64,000 bases of DNA from NCBI GenBank assembly GCA_903813345.2, contig CAIIXF020000001.1:16864001-16928000 (forward strand), given 5' to 3'. The DNA is from Owenia fusiformis. Taxonomy: Eukaryota. The position numbers were made by a program, and so were the translations under genes. A model generated the notes under the pieces. That model saw only the letters and a program-made list of their open reading frames with translations, did not search any database and was not told the origin of the DNA. Shown here piece after piece: positions 60,243 to 64,000 of the stretch (position 1 is the first letter of the stretch; each line of letters opens with the position of its first letter).

Positions 60243-60429
60243 TCCCTTTGGTTCAATTTTAGGAACAAGGAAATTGCTCAGTTCTTGATGTTTAAAATTC
60301 TGTAAGTTTCCATCGTTTACTAAAACAAGATACCGAAATTACAACAAAACCAATTTATTCAACGATTATCCGCCAAATGAAAGAACGAGAAACGTGAGAG
60401 GTCGAGGGAGGGCAGCAGGTGCTCGCTAT

Positions 60430-60492
60430 TCCATTCACTCCCTCTGAAGTGTATGAATTTCTCGTGTCTGCAAATGGCGATCGTTCTTTTTG
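60430..60492 (+). other. Putative first exon of a divergent, unidentified gene (ATG GCG ATC GTT CTT TTT G|gtaaga, or UTR with a YY1-like AAATGGCG)
   Basis: AAATGGCG at 60472-60479 followed by donor G|GTAAGA; no downstream coding exon identified in the window. Confidence 0.35.
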
Positions 60493-63400
60493 GTAAGAAT
60501 TTGAACAAAATATTTTTGCAAATTACTCAGTTTGAATAAAATATGAGATAAAAACATATACACCAATTTATAAAAATACATTTGTTCTATCATGTACAGT
60601 TTGTTTCAGGGACATTATTGTCGAATTAATTTGTAAAAAGAGATAATATTTATATGGGATTTTTGCTCCCGATTCAACGTTTTAAAATTCGTCATGAAAA
60701 TAACGCAGTGACCTCATTTCGCAACAAATATCTTGTTTAAAAAACAACTATGCTCTTATCTAAATAGAAAGACAAAGCTTTAAGTATTTGTTTTAGCTAT
60801 TGACAATAAAAATTGTATCGTCAAAATTTGATTTAGATGAATAATTAGGGTTTCTAATTGAGGAAATCAGGATGACTTAATAAAATTGGAATAAAGATGG
60901 AGGTTGTGCATTGAACTGCATGTAATTTTGAATAGCACAGAGGATATTCATACATTCAATCAAATGCATGATAGGTCATCGTGCCATGAACACGTACATT
61001 CAGTTCATCAGTATTTTTAAGTTGTATTTTAATGAACGTTATCAATTAACAAAAAACAATTATTCACAAACACGTTTCAAATTAAAATACAAGATGTAAA
61101 ACGACCAAAGACATAACACTGAGTAAACTAATCAGCTTCATGAAATTGGGAAATTGAGAATTTCGTTACCATAAAAAGTTCAATGATAATTTTCTCTGAA
61201 AATCACAATGGTAGCACCACCACAATTAAATAATCATTAAAAATATTTTTAGAAGTATTTTTTGACTGAAACATGACGGTTCTATTTGCTCATATTTAGG
61301 GACCATATGAAAAGAATATAATATTGTTCAATGACTTAGAATTGGACATGTTCAATACAATAAATATGTATTATCTGTGCTGAGATTGAAAAACATATTT
61401 GAGTCAATGATAATTTTAACTGCAGGTACAAATAATTTGTAACTTAAAATGTTAGATGTTTGACAACTTTCACTATAATTGGTTTGAAAGCAATATTTAT
61501 TCTTGATAGCTCTATCAGTACAAAAAGGTCTTCTTTAGGCCCAGTTATAATTTAAACTGAGTTAAACATAAAAGAAAATCTATAAATAACACAACTTTTT
61601 TTGCAAATCCATTCAAACTTTCCCTGATTTGTATTCATTCTAATTCGTTTTTAAAGAATATTTTGCAGAATCAACAAATATTCAGTTAAAAGAAATAAGA
61701 AATATAAGCCATTTTGAAACAACAAAATATAGAGTGGTCTTTTAATCACAAATTTATGATAATTATAAAATGTTAGGTATATAATATATATTTTAACAGT
61801 TATTTCGGATAAATTAGATAACAAGAAATCATAATTATTTTGGTGATAATCCTAGGAATTAATTATTCAAAAGATTAAGTAAACAGCTTGGCAAGCTTAA
61901 AGGTACAATTGCATATCATAGCACAGTCATCAAATAAATGAATTAAATATTGTTTGTTGGTGTTTTCTCTTTTTTCCTTGTATAACCTCTCTTGTTTTCT
62001 ATTCTCAATAAACTTGATGACTTTAACTGAGTAATGGCCCGATATTATCAAACTAGTATATTAGATAGATATTGATTTTTAAGATGTGAATTAGACATAT
62101 AGTCTAATAACTCTAAATTCATACAAAATAAAATGCATAAGTTTCAAAATCTAACATGGCTCTTGAAGTGAGTAACTTAAGTAAACTTGAATACGGATGT
62201 TTAGATCATAAAAGAACATTGTTGCAATTTGATGCTAAATGTATATAAAATGTTGGCATTTGTACTTTCTTATTTCTAGTAGAAAACTACAAAATGAAAA
62301 GTGATATTTTTGTGTCATTTGAAATAAGCCCTTAATCTAATTTAACAAAAGGCTGTCTTAGCATTAGTCATAAACAAGTCAAGGTTTAGTCCAAAGTCTA
62401 CATCATGTGCTATACTTTAACAAACAGAAATCAGAATTTATTTTTAGTTACTAACATTTTATATAATGTTAGTTTTCTTCCTGGTTTTATGTGTAAAGGT
62501 AAAAAACGGAAATGTATTTTTTATTTCAGATCTATACTATTAGTAAATCATATTGCCTTTGTACACGTACATATCTCTATATATATACATACATATACCT
62601 TTGCAGGCTTATGCTAGTATATTGAAGCTGTCTGCCGGTCTAATCAATATCCTTGCTTCAGAAATGTTAGCAAACTAGCTAGTACAGAGCTCTGCGTTAA
62701 AATAGAAAGGAGAAAGTAGAGAAATCACTTCATCAAATGGATGCCTTCCATATAGCGGGTGTCATGTTTGCGAGTCATGGGGCACTCATTTTTAATCAGT
62801 TTAAGTTTGTAGAAAATTTAATTTATTACTTTTTCCAGGAACTATTAAATTGTAGAAAATATACATGAATATACGGATCTTATTTAACATATGTTGTAAC
62901 CATTAAAAAGGATAAAATTCAATTACACGTAAATGTTTTTCTTATTACTGTGCCTGTATACCTTTGAGGGTTTCAAGTGAATTGTATTAGGTGTGCTTAA
63001 GGACAATCTGTACTTTCTACCATTTTGATGACTGTGTGCTTTTTTAAGATGAACACAACAATCATAGGCTAAATCTTTCATTTTTATTATTATAAAAAGG
63101 TACTTTAGTGTACCCAGATTATTAATTGAGTGTTATTTTTTTTCTTGAGAATGCGGTCTTCTTTTCAAAATTACAAAAACTTCTCATCATGCAAATGCAG
63201 ATGTATATTGTAACCTTTTGGTATAAATAAGTCTATATCTTTATTTTATTTTGTTTATCAAACAAACAATTAATTACTTGTACTTCAAATGTTATTTGTG
63301 TCTTTGGAAGATTGCCTATTTTTCATATACTGTACTTCAGTTTTAGTTATTGTTTTAGTGTTATTTGAGAACACCCCTCTTTAGTTGACATTTTCCTCAT

Positions 63401-64000
63401 GGTTCTCTACCAACAATGTAGTATAGTGTGATAGTTTCCTACATGTATATTGCATGTGAAATCTACAAACTGGTGTTAGAGGATAGTTTTGGTTTTGTTT
63501 CCTTTCTACATCTCAAACTCTGTAGGTGGACTTTGTAACATTGAACTCTACACTTTTTGTTCAGGGTATGTAAAATATGCAAATCCATTCTCTAAAGGAT
63601 ATATTTTTCATGTAAACGCATGTTATTTTAAAAGTATGTCATCAGAGAAATCATTTACATTTTATGGCCTGTTCTTGGCATGTTGTCTGGTTTATCATGA
63701 ATAGCTGCTTAATGTATGTGAGCTGGATGTATCCTTATAGGATTTATGAGTGATAAGGTGTCTATGTTTCCAGCAAATTCATGCATTGGCTTTTGAAAGA
63801 TTGATCTAGTGTTTTCGTGGCAAAAAAATTAAACATTATACCATACATTTAGCTCTGCCTATAACTATAAATCCTAAGATTGCAAGGCTAACATCTATAG
63901 CTTTTATTTGTGCATTTTACTAAGACTAAAAAGTGGAAGCAAACAAGAGTAAGACATTCAGCATGCCAGCATGTTCCTTATCATAAAAAAATACTATCTA

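Noticed and set aside
62607-62790. Possible second exon of the divergent gene after tttgcag
   Set aside because: Immediate stop in the phase expected from 60492 and no clear donor; cannot be supported as coding.

Overview
AT-rich eukaryotic (metazoan, probably lophotrochozoan, inferred from the repeat landscape) DNA with two convergent intron-containing genes. (1) On the + strand, a MYT1/MYT1L/ST18-family (NZF) C2HC zinc-finger gene, reconstructed by hand as 17 coding exons from ATG 4018 to TAG 44937 (5391 nt, ~1796 aa, all splice phases consistent). It has seven CCHHC fingers in a 1+2+4 layout, the DRVLRPM (MYT1) motif and a C-terminal coiled coil. Its promoter (~2730-3124) carries an E2F/CDE-CHR pair, a perfect NRF1 palindrome and a cluster of AAAGTT (MYT1-type) sites. 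(2) On the - strand, a PCMTD1/2 orthologue (4 coding exons, 55351-51938, ~614 aa) with a very long insert between the BC-box and the cullin box that holds a dense Asn-Gly cluster. It probably shares a bidirectional promoter (~60117-60492) with a third, unidentified + strand transcript. The introns hold many non-autonomous DNA elements: a 4.85-kb whole-element palindrome (foldback; TAG...CTA ends, TAT duplication) with a central orientation-flipping 21-bp minisatellite and repeated octamer/CRE/X-box modules; several Helentron-type (HINE) families that lie co-oriented with their host genes; hairpin+subterminal-IR elements; and MITEs of several superfamilies. No prokaryotic features, CRISPR arrays, tRNA/rRNA genes or transposase ORFs were recognised. 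All family assignments are from recalled sequence signatures, not database searches.
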